Source: Methanobacteriota archaeon (GTDB taxonomy: Archaea > Thermoplasmatota > Poseidoniia > MGIII > CG-Epi1). From it: a DNA stretch of 50,364 nt. The stretch spans positions 1-50,364 of the forward strand of contig JAAZXP010000004.1 of assembly GCA_014240055.1 (NCBI GenBank). The letters run 5' to 3'. Shown here in pieces: positions 32,723-42,829 of the stretch (the first letter of the stretch is position 1; each line of letters opens with the position of its first letter). Position numbers and translations under genes: made by a program. The notes below the pieces were generated by a model, which was not told the origin of the DNA, did no database searches, and saw nothing but the letters and a program-made list of their open reading frames with translations.

Positions 32723-34018
32723 TCAATATGCCCTCATGTCTTCAGATTTCATTATTTCTCTAAGAAAAGAAGTCGCATATGTACCCTTGTGTAGCCAAAA
32801 CTCCAATGTAGGGTTTCCATTTTCTTCTATTATCCATTCCAAATCATTAATTTTTTGATTTAAAGGCCTATACATTCCAAATGACGATAGTTCAGGTATT
32901 TTTTCTATTGCAAAATCCTTGAAATCTATGTTTTCATCGTCCATAATTTGTTTTTCGAATTCACCTTGGATTCCTTTTGTATGTTCACTTTTAATTCCAG
33001 GTAGTAGTCCCACTATCCAGGCTTTTCCTTCATTACACCTTTTTTCTAATTTTTTCTGATTTCTTTCAGTAACTTCAATTATTCGTCTTTGGTCAGGGCC
33101 CCCATAGATATCAATAGGAATTATATTGTCGCCAACCAAAGGTTTGTGAATACTGTACCCATTTTCTATTCTCAGGTTAAGGACATGATTAAAGATTAAA
33201 CTTTGATAGGCATGTACGAGCATTTTAGATAAATTTTCAGGCAATTGTCTAATTGCTCCAGTATAATCTTCTTTATTTCTCGTTAAATGTCCAATCATTT
33301 GTCTTTCGAATAGAAGTTTATGCGGGTACTGTAGCAAAGCAGCATCTAAATCTTTAGTTTCTTTTAAATCGCTTCTTGCTTCAGATCCAAAGCTTTCGTA
33401 TTCTCCTCCACATAAATAATCCCAAACAGCTTGTTCATATTTTTTTTGGACTATTTTCTTTCCCACAAGATGCGTAATTGGTCTCACCGCTCCAAATCGC
33501 TGAATTCCAAAATAATTTGGGAATCCTCTTTTTAATTCATCTAAAATATTCCGTATATTTTCGGTACTTTTAGATTGAGAAATTTTAATCTTAAATTCAT
33601 TCCCAACTAAATTTCCTAGTCTTACAGGTTTTACTGATTTATGGAGAAATTCAATAGATACATTTTCGAGATCAAGTTCGGCAATTTTCTTTGGAGAAGA
33701 CAATATAGAGAAATATTGAGTTGTTAATGCACGTTTATCTTTTGTTCCTGCAAAACTAATGGCTTTTTGACCAATGCCTAATCTTTTAGATATTTCTTTG
33801 ACCAAAACATGAGTATCCCAATTATTGGCAGTTATCTTAACAATACTATGTCTACCATTATCAGAAGGCTGAGCCCAGGCCCAATGTGCACGATGTTTGT
33901 TTTCAACAATTTCATTTACTGTAAAATCTTCTGGACTTTCACGTAATTTTCCAAATATACCTTTAGTTTTTGAAAGATATGATTCCTTACCTATTTCCGG
34001 TCTAGCCGGCGATATCAT
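32723..34018 (-). CDS. truD: tRNA pseudouridine synthase TruD/Pus7 family
   Basis: ESPEDFTVNEI N-terminus, FAGTKDKRALTTQ catalytic-Asp block, NYFGIQRFG. Confidence 0.85.
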   Translation of the reverse strand: MISPARPEIGKESYLSKTKGIFGKLRESPEDFTVNEIVENKHRAHWAWAQPSDNGRHSIVKITANNWDTHVLVKEISKRLGIGQKAISFAGTKDKRALTTQYFSILSSPKKIAELDLENVSIEFLHKSVKPVRLGNLVGNEFKIKISQSKSTENIRNILDELKRGFPNYFGIQRFGAVRPITHLVGKKIVQKKYEQAVWDYLCGGEYESFGSEARSDLKETKDLDAALLQYPHKLLFERQMIGHLTRNKEDYTGAIRQLPENLSKMLVHAYQSLIFNHVLNLRIENGYSIHKPLVGDNIIPIDIYGGPDQRRIIEVTERNQKKLEKRCNEGKAWIVGLLPGIKSEHTKGIQGEFEKQIMDDENIDFKDFAIEKIPELSSFGMYRPLNQKINDLEWIIEENGNPTLEFWLHKGTYATSFLREIMKSEDMRAY

Positions 34019-34022
34019 GAAC

Positions 34023-34286
34023 TTATGCTATTCCGTCACTAATAGTTTTGATATCTGCAATGATGGTTTCAACTGCTTTTTTAATCGCATTTTTTGGAGT
34101 TCCTTTCTTGGTTCTAACGTAAAACTTAGGGTAATCCAAAACAATATGTCCCATATAATAGGAAGCATAATCTACATCAGAATTAGCTAAGGTGTGGTTC
34201 ATTAAAGGCCCTAAGAGAGTCTCGTTGGCACCACGTATCTCAATTTCCAATTCATTTTTTGTCTTGTTAACTACGGATACTTCCAT
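34023..34286 (-). CDS. rpoL: DNA-directed RNA polymerase subunit L (Rpo11)
   Basis: 87 aa. NELEIEIRGANETLLGPLMNHTL ... YYMGHIVLDYPKFYVRTK fits the RBP11-like pattern. Confidence 0.7.
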   Translation of the reverse strand: MEVSVVNKTKNELEIEIRGANETLLGPLMNHTLANSDVDYASYYMGHIVLDYPKFYVRTKKGTPKNAIKKAVETIIADIKTISDGIA

Positions 34287-34311
34287 GGGGTTTTGCGGAC
34301 TTTAAGGGGTA

Positions 34312-35343
34312 TTATAAAGATTGGGCGAGTTGTAAAGCTTCATTTCTTATCTTTTTAGGAGCATTTGTTTTCACTCCAAGTGGAGAGAATACGCTTGAAC
34401 TAGCAAAATATCCTAAATTTTGTATTGATTTCACAATTTTTACTCTTCTCGGAGTCTGCCCAGTACCTGATTCTCTAGCCATGTCATTGATATCATGTAA
34501 TCCCGGAGGTCCATCTGCTTCCTCTCTCAGAGTGTCGAAAAATCTACCCAGCAAGTCATCAGAGCTTTCTGGAATAATCTTTTTCTGAATTATTTTCCCA
34601 GTCCATAGGGGTCCGGCGGCGCCTTTCTCTTCCTGATCAATGATTTCCATTTGTGGAGTAATCCACTTTAGTATAGTATCATTTTTTTTTATAACTCTAA
34701 CAAAAACACGTAAGTGATGTCCTTCCGAATAACATAGTAATGGTTCAATTCCTTTTTCCATTAATGATGCCAAATGACTAATTCGAGCTAAAAGAATTCT
34801 AATTCCTATTTCTTTTGCAGCTACTCTTTTCATGGACATTGCGCCATACCTCTTGAGGCAAATAGAGGGTTTAGCCCCACAAAGAACTGCAGTATCGGTT
34901 GCAGAAATCCCTAATATTCCATTGTCATTTAATCCCTTAAGTGCAGACTCAATGTATGGGGCTGGTGTTCCAAAGGGATCTATGTCAATACCGTCATATT
35001 TTTTTTTAAGAAGTAATTCTTCAACTGGTAAATTATAAACTTCACTTTCAATTTTATTTAATTCTAAATTGGTGGCAATTGTTTCCGTTGCTAAAGAAGA
35101 AGTGTCACAAAATTCAACCTTATAATTCGCTTCAAGATTTAGTCTTATTCCTCTTATTCCAGATGCAGCTAATCCATCCAATAAAGTACCATTAAAATTT
35201 ATTTTTTGAGCGAATGCAACATGTAAGTCCCTGCTTAATTTCATGGCAGGATTATAGAAAACACCTTTGGCTTTTCCAGGTCCTTTATCTTTACCTGAAA
35301 GGTTAGCCCTGAATACGGCTTTGCCTTCTTGAAATTCTTTCAC
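34312..35343 (-). CDS. trm1: tRNA (guanine26-N2)-dimethyltransferase Trm1
   Basis: FYNPAMKLSRDL, LDGLAASGIRGIR and IDIDPFGTPAPY motifs. Confidence 0.85.
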   Translation of the reverse strand: MKEFQEGKAVFRANLSGKDKGPGKAKGVFYNPAMKLSRDLHVAFAQKINFNGTLLDGLAASGIRGIRLNLEANYKVEFCDTSSLATETIATNLELNKIESEVYNLPVEELLLKKKYDGIDIDPFGTPAPYIESALKGLNDNGILGISATDTAVLCGAKPSICLKRYGAMSMKRVAAKEIGIRILLARISHLASLMEKGIEPLLCYSEGHHLRVFVRVIKKNDTILKWITPQMEIIDQEEKGAAGPLWTGKIIQKKIIPESSDDLLGRFFDTLREEADGPPGLHDINDMARESGTGQTPRRVKIVKSIQNLGYFASSSVFSPLGVKTNAPKKIRNEALQLAQSL

Positions 35344-35900
35344 ACCATTCCAGTTTTTAGAATAGTGACTGCTTTAGATGGAAGTATTGCTGAATTTATT
35401 GGAGTAACTTCTAAAGTTCTTAAGTCATCTCTCTTTCGAATAGATTGTAATAGTGGATTTCGAGATCTCTTGTGCATTGTAATCAACATAGGCTTTCCAC
35501 ATTTTAGAGCGTCTTTTAGGACTGCACTAAATTCTTTTGATTCAGATACCAATTTGCCTACTTCATCTACTAAAATTAAGTCACATTCTTCGACTGCTTT
35601 GGCAACCGATTCAGTGGCAATTCGATTGACAGCATCTAGTCTTATTCCCAAAGGAGTAGATTCAGGGGTTTTTCCAGGAAGTCTTGGTTTAACATCCCAT
35701 CTAACAGATGCAGACAGTTCTTCCTCACCGGTTATGAAGTTTTTTAGATTGTAACCTACAGTTTCCCCTTCTTCAACTATAGGGTGTGTAGTAAATCCGC
35801 CGATAGTGAATTTATCTTCAAGCATTTTGGCTATTCTTAAGACGGTGGTTGTTTTGCCAGTACCTGGTTGGCCAGATATAGCTACTTTTACTGGAATCAT
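35340..35900 (-). CDS. THEP1-type nucleoside triphosphatase
   Basis: Walker A ISGQPGTGKTT, GGFTTHPIVEEGETVGY, Walker B ILVDEVG. About 185 aa. 4-nt overlap with trm1. Confidence 0.75.
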   Translation of the reverse strand: MIPVKVAISGQPGTGKTTTVLRIAKMLEDKFTIGGFTTHPIVEEGETVGYNLKNFITGEEELSASVRWDVKPRLPGKTPESTPLGIRLDAVNRIATESVAKAVEECDLILVDEVGKLVSESKEFSAVLKDALKCGKPMLITMHKRSRNPLLQSIRKRDDLRTLEVTPINSAILPSKAVTILKTGMV

Positions 35901-35953
35901 TGCTTGGCCGCCATTAATGGTCTGTATGTATAAGCATATGTCTCGTTTTTCAA

Positions 35954-36832
35954 TTAGTTCCTTAATCTTTCGGGACAGCCTTTCCTTCTAGAACAGCTGT
36001 TACATTTCCCGGCTCTTTTATGATTTCTGTGAGCTTCCATGTCTCCATTAAGAATGTCATTCATTTCGTCTAATTTACTAGTTACTAAATTTTTCAATTT
36101 TGAGTCCCAAATAACTTCATGAGGTTCATTATTAAATCCATATCTTATTTGGCCATGGCTAGGTTTTTTTTGGAATGTTTCTTCAGACAATAAACAATAA
36201 GCTCCAATTTGTAAGACATGACTGAAGAACGGGGCTTTGGGCTTCCTGCCTGTTTTGACTTCTACAGGAATTCTCATGTCTTCATTTTTAATTAAGTAAT
36301 CGGGCCTTCCTGCTAAATTATAATTATTTGATTTTAAAACAGGAGTTTCTTTTGTTAAAGCATCTGGAGTTTCAATGTCACTTTCTCCTAATTTATAATC
36401 ATCTCGTAATTTGTCTATTTTTTCAGTCGATAATAATAATCTGTAAAGGAAAAGAGATGCAACAAGCATCCATCCAATCCCTAAAATTAATAAAATAACA
36501 CCCAAATTTCTCTTTAATAAATCATTATCATTTGAAATCCATAGTATTGCAATTGCAAGTGTTACAAGAGTCATAATTAAACCCACAACTGTCATTAATG
36601 TTGTGGAAGTTTCTCTTGACTTTTCTTCTTCAACTAGTAAATTCTTTAATGAATCTCCCATCTCTTTATGTTTTTCAACGCCAGTATTGACTTCCTCACC
36701 TTCAGCATCTATTCCTTTGAGATCTAAGTGCCACGATAGTGGGCAATAGCCATAGCGCTCCATTTCAGAGGCTGATATTATCTGCTTGCGCATTGTGTTG
36801 AGTCCGAGGGTTAAGTCCAGTAAGCTATGCAT
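35954..36832 (-). CDS. Cas4/RecB-like PD-(D/E)XK nuclease with 4-Cys cluster and an inserted two-helix membrane hairpin
   Basis: N-terminal RYGYCPLSWHL. Core GRPDYLI ... IPVEVKTGR and VLQIGAYCLL (QxxxY). C-terminal CNSCSRRKGC. Two strongly hydrophobic segments at aa 76-99 and 109-133. Confidence 0.7.
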   Translation of the reverse strand: MHSLLDLTLGLNTMRKQIISASEMERYGYCPLSWHLDLKGIDAEGEEVNTGVEKHKEMGDSLKNLLVEEEKSRETSTTLMTVVGLIMTLVTLAIAILWISNDNDLLKRNLGVILLILGIGWMLVASLFLYRLLLSTEKIDKLRDDYKLGESDIETPDALTKETPVLKSNNYNLAGRPDYLIKNEDMRIPVEVKTGRKPKAPFFSHVLQIGAYCLLSEETFQKKPSHGQIRYGFNNEPHEVIWDSKLKNLVTSKLDEMNDILNGDMEAHRNHKRAGKCNSCSRRKGCPERLRN

Positions 36833-36865
36833 TGCATTAAGGCCCTAATAAAGTATTACATCATT

Positions 36866-37315
36866 CTAGAAGCTAAAATATTGATCATGCCAAGCTAAAT
36901 TTCCATAATCTGCAATTTTATAATTGTAAATTATATTTTGTTTACCATCATCTTGATTAAAATCTAATACAATAATAAGATCATATTCATCAGCATGAGG
37001 CCCATCAAACATTAGGGCTTCAAGTTTAACAGACTGTTTTGCATTTAAAATTCCAGGATAATGAGTGTCAGTTTCTAGCATTTCGGTTCCATTCCAAACA
37101 CTTATTTTCACTTTCAAATCGGTAATTTCTTCAGTACCCATATTGCTTATTCTTGATTGCACAAACAAGCCAGAATAGGAACTGTGAAATACAGTATCAA
37201 TTTCAATCTCAGTTCTTGGAAGAATATATGAGTATGATACGAATATGATAAAGAATGCGAGAATGATAGTACCAAATTTAGTAATTATTTTCTTTTGTTG
37301 TTTATTAAAGCTCAT
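36866..37315 (-). CDS. N-terminally anchored 149-aa protein, translationally coupled to the 1809-aa gene
   Basis: TM segment FGTIILAFFIIFVSYSYIL followed by a beta-rich domain. ATGA overlap with the upstream giant gene. Confidence 0.5.
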   Translation of the reverse strand: MSFNKQQKKIITKFGTIILAFFIIFVSYSYILPRTEIEIDTVFHSSYSGLFVQSRISNMGTEEITDLKVKISVWNGTEMLETDTHYPGILNAKQSVKLEALMFDGPHADEYDLIIVLDFNQDDGKQNIIYNYKIADYGNLAWHDQYFSF

Positions 37316-40300
37316 ATGCTTGCCTCCAGAGAAGCAATTAAACTCATACCTGGTTCGGGCAGAATGTAATGTTTTTCATTATTGCCTAATTCAGTATCCA
37401 TTCCATTTTTTTGAATTCCCAACCAAGTAGGCAATACATTGTATCCGCCGACTTCTTTTATTCGTAGATCAATTAATACTGCTGATGTTTTGAGTTTAAT
37501 TGGCCCCATATTTAATTCACCACCGATAGCGAAAGATAATTCTCCACCTTCTGCATTAGCTAATTCAAACACAGGATAAAGTCCGAAAATTTGGTTTGGT
37601 ATAATTTCAACATGTTTTACATCTTTAGCATGTATAATCATGTAATCAAGATAAAATTGAGGTGTAGCGGGTGAATTAGTAGCTTTTAGATATGCACTAT
37701 CTATTCCGTTTGGTGAGTCAATTATGTAATTTACGCCATCTAAAACCATACTTGTATTGTCACCTACATTTTTTACATCCATGAAGGTACCTGAATGCCC
37801 TCCAGTATATCCTTCATCTACCATTAAAACAATATCAATTTCTGAAGAACTGGTTGAAACAAAGAGATTAGGGAATCCTTGAAATGCAAACGCGGAATCC
37901 ATATCAAATTCATAATTTGGATCAATTCCCATATGGAATGATTCGGGAACATCATGCACTATCGCTTGAGCCGATTTCCACTGACCATAATCTTTATTGG
38001 CCGTTTTTACCCAAATATAATCCAAAGTCCCTTCAGCTTCATAGATTATATCTATTTCTTTTCCTACAATTAAATCAGCTCGGAGGTCTTTAGGTATATT
38101 TGAAAAATAAATTTCATTAAACGAAGGCCTTGTTTGATTATGAGTTTTGAGATAAGAACTACCTATTCCTCCAGTATTGTGAATGTCAAATATTGCATCT
38201 AAATCTCTCCCTTCACTTGTTGCAGTTTGGAAGTAAGCATTTATGTTATTGTTATCTCCCACGTCATCTAGGAAAAGCTCGATAGCAGTTTCGTTGACTC
38301 CTCTATCTAAATCAAGATAAATCCACTTTGTAATTGGTGACCAATCGCCTAAATCTAAGTTAATTATATCAGGTTCACCAAAAACCGTAGAAAGTTTTGC
38401 AGAGGTTACAGTACCTTCCAAGTATAGTAATAGTGCATCTCCAAAATCATTCTGCCTTAAAACGATTCCATGAGTCCATTCCAAGTCCATTCCAGTTAGA
38501 TTTCCAGATTCTAAACTCAAAATAACTCTTGAAGGTGCAGTTGAAGAGCTATAATCGACACTGATCTGATCACCAATTATAACATCTAGATTTATTTTCT
38601 CAGGAACATCAGGTACGGCAACCTCCAGTTTACTTTGAGATTTACTGTCACTGACCATGGCATAAATTGAGCCTAATTGTTTACTGGATTCAAGACTAAT
38701 ATTCCCTACAAGTGCCGTTCCTTCCATTCCATTATCGTCTAAGTAAACAGATCCGTTAAGATCAAAATTATTTGGTAAGTCATCAATTCTCAGTAAAACA
38801 CTCTTATTTTCAAAGTTATTGATATCTACCAATATCCGGTCCATGGCAGGTACGTCGTTATTAAATTCTTCAAGAAAGATATCTAATTGCGTCCCTTCAT
38901 CTTCAGGATCTGAAAGTTTGAGGCCAATATTTGGTGAAATTCCACGAAGATAGGCCTTCATGTTCATTGCCCCATCATCGGACATATCAAGACTAATTCC
39001 TTCAGTCCAATATGTTTCCAGTTCGGTAGTATCTCCTAAATCAATTTCAAGTGCTACAGTATCAATCCCCTGATCTGAACTAATATTAAATTCTAACAAT
39101 TCATCATGTATTTCCATATCTATAGTCATACTTCCTGGAAGACTTGATACAAATGCTTCTACACGATATGGGTTATCTTCTTCAAATTGTTCTAGTACTA
39201 AATAAATTGGACCAACAGGTTGACTGGTATTCATGGTGATACTACCGCTCAAAGTTAAATTATCGACAGTGGCATTAAGTATCAAATCAGCATTTAAATT
39301 TAGATCTAGACCAACCGGTATATCTTCTATAAATGCAGTTACCTTAGGTCCAATTATTCCTTCTTCTTGGAATATAATATAATCAGCCGTGTCTCTATAG
39401 TTAAAATCATCTAAGCTAAGTTCTAAGTCTATGTGATCTCCCTTTGAAGTATAGTTTGCATCAACAGATTGCGGGAGTCCTTTGAGAAGCAGTCTTGCAC
39501 CTAGAATGGTTCCTCCTTCAACATCTTTTTGACTTGACCACAAGCCCTCTACCCACCTAGGGCTTTCATCTAGTAATTCTATTTTTCCTTTATTGACCCA
39601 AGCTGTTACAGATACTTCTTCATTGATATTATATAAAAATCGAGCTACAGTTTCAAACGATTCTACGTTTGTGACTAAATTTATTGACAAATCAGCTACA
39701 GTATCTACTAATGCCTTACCTATTTCAGATAAAGCTTCAATAAATCGAGCTACATCTCTTAAATCATTAATTTCTCCAATATCACCACCAATAAGGCTTC
39801 CAGTGTCAAGTATAGGTACGGTTACAACAATTTCAGCAGGAAGACTATCAATGAAAACATATGCATCTAATCCCTTGTAATCTTCATCATATTCAGTATC
39901 ATCAATTGCTCCAACCTTAAATTGAACTGGTTGCCTATGATTAATTTTAAAATCGGCCAACTCCCCACTTCCATCATCGTCCAATTGCAAAGATTGAATC
40001 CAGCTTAAATTTCCAGATAAACTAGCAGTTTCATTATCTAGTCCCATATTATTTTGGTATAACATGACCGAACTTCCATTGTAGACAGAATGATTCCAAA
40101 TCCATGCCGTAGCTTTTTCATTTTCAGTAACATTAGTTATTGTGAATGTGAAGTTAAACCAACTATCTGTAATTAATCGTAAATCTCCATTAGAGCTGAC
40201 GATTTCAGCAGAACCAGGTAAGTGTTCTAGTTTTATTCTAGAATAAATCCCACTTGCGAAACTTGTAAAAATTATATTGTCTATTATTTCATTAGAATTG

Positions 40301-42741
40301 TCCCCACCAGCATAAACTAGATTTCCATTATCAATATTCAGAGTTATATTTGTAGGAACGTTACTTAGTGTGATATTTGCCCAATGTGATGTTTCTCCGA
40401 TTTCGTCTATGCCTTCAAAATATACTCTGAATGGTTTATCTCTTGCAGGATTCATAGACAGTGAAATATTCGTTACTCCATCTCTAGAGTAAAAATCAAT
40501 ATCTCCAATATCAGTTATCCTAGCACTAAATCCGTAATCCTCATTATTCGCAGATATTGTAGATCTAGAATTAGGTGCATTATTGTCTAAATACGCAGAT
40601 TCATTGTATATTGCAAAATAGTCATCTCCGCTTCCATCATTAAGATCTAAATATTTGTCGCTTGTGAGATAAACAAAGATTTCACTTATGTATGCAGGTT
40701 CATTTAGCCTATTTCTTAATCTGATTGCAACTTCTCCATCACCTTCACCAATTGTAGATTGCAATACTGCTTTAGGAATAGATCTCAATAAATCTCCAAC
40801 GTAAACTATTCTTCCAGCCAGACCAATTAACAAATCACTAATCAATCCCCCTACCAATGAACTATCAATACCCGTTACATCGTCATTTACTGGAATTGTA
40901 CTTCCTCCGCTTTCATCCAATTGTAGATTACCTTCCAGAACTAAACTTTCAGGTAAACCAGATATTTCTAGTCCTGTGAAAAGTTGATAATCATGATCTA
41001 ACCAGGTTGCACCTCTTCCATCTTCAGTATAATATTCATAGTCCCCATATACTATGGATTCAATTGGTTCAGTTGAATGGAATTCTATGACTGTCCAATT
41101 CCGATCTTCAGTAGATTCATTTCTAACTTCTAACCATAATGAAGCCTTAGGCATGTTCAATTCATTTAAGCATATTTCTTCACCTGATATGGGGTCTGAG
41201 GCACAAACCGGGACTCCGGTAATATCTGCTTCGATATGTGATAAGAAAGGATCAAGACCTTCGCCGGGGTTTAGATTGTATTCATAGTATTGAAATTCTA
41301 AGTTAAATTTTTTGTTAGCTTCATTTGGATTCGTAGTTTCAGTAGCAGGTGCATAAACTTCAATGGAATCTCTTTCTACATCATCAACAGTTTGTGATAC
41401 AAGCCTAACGCCTAGTTCACGAGGCACTTTCCCTCTAGGATTGTCTAAATCAATTTTTATGAATGTTACTTCTTCTAAAGCATCTCCTGGATTAATTGTA
41501 GTTCCACTACTCCAATTATATTTTAGATATCCTATTGCTATTTCTAGATTGTCAACTCCATTATTGAATGGATTACCAGTTTCATTATTCATTAAAACAT
41601 TAATTTGATATGGTGCATTCACGTAATCAACATCACCTGGATTTAATCCAATGCCTCCACTGCCGTCCGTTCCTATTGTAAATACAAATTCTTCGATTAC
41701 AACAGATAAACTATATTCATCTGGAATTTCATTAGGTGGAAATTGAGTGTTTACTCCCCAAACATAAGTCTGATCAGCATTACCTTCATCATTATACGTT
41801 ATTCCTCTAACAATTGCAATGTCTAAGGTTTGATTTAATTCTTCAAGTTCCTCAAACTCAAAATTCAATCCAAGATTTGCTTCTAGTCCAACATCACCAT
41901 CTATAGGATTAAGATCCGTATCCTCATTTACGAGATCATTAACTACTGGTACTAATCTAGCGCGTATTTCGTTATTTCCATCTCCATCTATGTCGATTGG
42001 TATCCATGAAGTATCACTTTCATCTAATATATTAATAAAAGATAAAATAAAATCGGCTGCAAAGTTATCTAAACCTAGCGACTCGACCCAAGCAGCAATT
42101 AAAGCTGTTGAAGCTCCCCAAAGAGTTGATACTAGGTTTGCTTCTTCAACTCCTTCTTCACAAGGTTCACCAGGAATAGGTTCAGGTTCACAACCACCTA
42201 TATCAATAATTCCATTTCCATTTGCATCATATGCCCAATAAATTAAATATGTTTCAGTGAATATAGATAGAGCTGTGCCCAAGAAAGAATCTTGATACAA
42301 GTCAGCATCATTTTCCATAGTATTAATGATATCTGCTTTGAATGGTTCGATATCATTTACATCATTAGGCTTCAGTCCTCTCTCAGAATAATCATAGGTA
42401 ACTGTTTCATAATCTGAAAGATCTGCAACGACATTCTCACTTTCATCTTTGCTATTCATGGCATCTTCACGAGTATCTAATAGAGACACTGCGAGTTCAC
42501 TTCCTTCATGCAATGATCTTAAAAAATTCAATTCTTCAATTACAGTTTCGTTTACTTCATCATTTCTTTGGTTAACACTTTGAAAGAAAGTATCCAATTC
42601 TTCAGCCGTGTCATAATTAGCTTCTATAGTGGCAGGTCCTACCACAGTAGGTATCATTATGACTTGAAGCATCATCAACAAAACTACTGAAATTACAAGT
42701 ACTCTTTTTCGGTTCAATAATCTGAAAGAAGACATCTTCAT
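37312..42741 (-). CDS. Giant (1809 aa) N-terminally anchored acidic surface protein with degenerate tandem modules
   Basis: Uninterrupted 5.4-kb ORF. N-terminal basic stretch plus hydrophobic segment (RKRVLVISVVLLMMLQVIMIPTVVG). DxDGDG-type Ca motifs (IDIDGDGNNEI; YDANGNGIID). No recognisable enzymatic motif. Confidence 0.75.
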   Translation of the reverse strand: MKMSSFRLLNRKRVLVISVVLLMMLQVIMIPTVVGPATIEANYDTAEELDTFFQSVNQRNDEVNETVIEELNFLRSLHEGSELAVSLLDTREDAMNSKDESENVVADLSDYETVTYDYSERGLKPNDVNDIEPFKADIINTMENDADLYQDSFLGTALSIFTETYLIYWAYDANGNGIIDIGGCEPEPIPGEPCEEGVEEANLVSTLWGASTALIAAWVESLGLDNFAADFILSFINILDESDTSWIPIDIDGDGNNEIRARLVPVVNDLVNEDTDLNPIDGDVGLEANLGLNFEFEELEELNQTLDIAIVRGITYNDEGNADQTYVWGVNTQFPPNEIPDEYSLSVVIEEFVFTIGTDGSGGIGLNPGDVDYVNAPYQINVLMNNETGNPFNNGVDNLEIAIGYLKYNWSSGTTINPGDALEEVTFIKIDLDNPRGKVPRELGVRLVSQTVDDVERDSIEVYAPATETTNPNEANKKFNLEFQYYEYNLNPGEGLDPFLSHIEADITGVPVCASDPISGEEICLNELNMPKASLWLEVRNESTEDRNWTVIEFHSTEPIESIVYGDYEYYTEDGRGATWLDHDYQLFTGLEISGLPESLVLEGNLQLDESGGSTIPVNDDVTGIDSSLVGGLISDLLIGLAGRIVYVGDLLRSIPKAVLQSTIGEGDGEVAIRLRNRLNEPAYISEIFVYLTSDKYLDLNDGSGDDYFAIYNESAYLDNNAPNSRSTISANNEDYGFSARITDIGDIDFYSRDGVTNISLSMNPARDKPFRVYFEGIDEIGETSHWANITLSNVPTNITLNIDNGNLVYAGGDNSNEIIDNIIFTSFASGIYSRIKLEHLPGSAEIVSSNGDLRLITDSWFNFTFTITNVTENEKATAWIWNHSVYNGSSVMLYQNNMGLDNETASLSGNLSWIQSLQLDDDGSGELADFKINHRQPVQFKVGAIDDTEYDEDYKGLDAYVFIDSLPAEIVVTVPILDTGSLIGGDIGEINDLRDVARFIEALSEIGKALVDTVADLSINLVTNVESFETVARFLYNINEEVSVTAWVNKGKIELLDESPRWVEGLWSSQKDVEGGTILGARLLLKGLPQSVDANYTSKGDHIDLELSLDDFNYRDTADYIIFQEEGIIGPKVTAFIEDIPVGLDLNLNADLILNATVDNLTLSGSITMNTSQPVGPIYLVLEQFEEDNPYRVEAFVSSLPGSMTIDMEIHDELLEFNISSDQGIDTVALEIDLGDTTELETYWTEGISLDMSDDGAMNMKAYLRGISPNIGLKLSDPEDEGTQLDIFLEEFNNDVPAMDRILVDINNFENKSVLLRIDDLPNNFDLNGSVYLDDNGMEGTALVGNISLESSKQLGSIYAMVSDSKSQSKLEVAVPDVPEKINLDVIIGDQISVDYSSSTAPSRVILSLESGNLTGMDLEWTHGIVLRQNDFGDALLLYLEGTVTSAKLSTVFGEPDIINLDLGDWSPITKWIYLDLDRGVNETAIELFLDDVGDNNNINAYFQTATSEGRDLDAIFDIHNTGGIGSSYLKTHNQTRPSFNEIYFSNIPKDLRADLIVGKEIDIIYEAEGTLDYIWVKTANKDYGQWKSAQAIVHDVPESFHMGIDPNYEFDMDSAFAFQGFPNLFVSTSSSEIDIVLMVDEGYTGGHSGTFMDVKNVGDNTSMVLDGVNYIIDSPNGIDSAYLKATNSPATPQFYLDYMIIHAKDVKHVEIIPNQIFGLYPVFELANAEGGELSFAIGGELNMGPIKLKTSAVLIDLRIKEVGGYNVLPTWLGIQKNGMDTELGNNEKHYILPEPGMSLIASLEASI

Positions 42742-42797
42742 TGTTATTATTGAGAAACCATCTCTATAAATAAGGTATTAGCTAAAAATATAGATTG

Positions 42798-42807
42798 ATT
42801 TTATATA
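42798..42807 (+). promoter_or_regulatory. Candidate TATA box (ATTTTATATA) about 27 nt upstream of the ftsZ ATG
   Basis: Position and composition. Implies a leaderless ftsZ-secE-spt5-rpl11 transcript. Confidence 0.4.
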
Positions 42808-42829
42808 GTGAATCAAAATCGATAGAAAG

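Noticed and set aside
35954-36832. Possible CRISPR-Cas locus because of a Cas4-like gene
   Set aside because: No repeat-spacer array and no cas1/cas2 or effector genes occur anywhere in the window. Cas4-like nucleases commonly occur outside CRISPR loci.
42791-42825. Imperfect inverted repeat ATTGATTTT / AAAATCGAT flanking the ftsZ TATA element
   Set aside because: One mismatch in 9 bp within very AT-rich sequence is not distinguishable from chance by eye.
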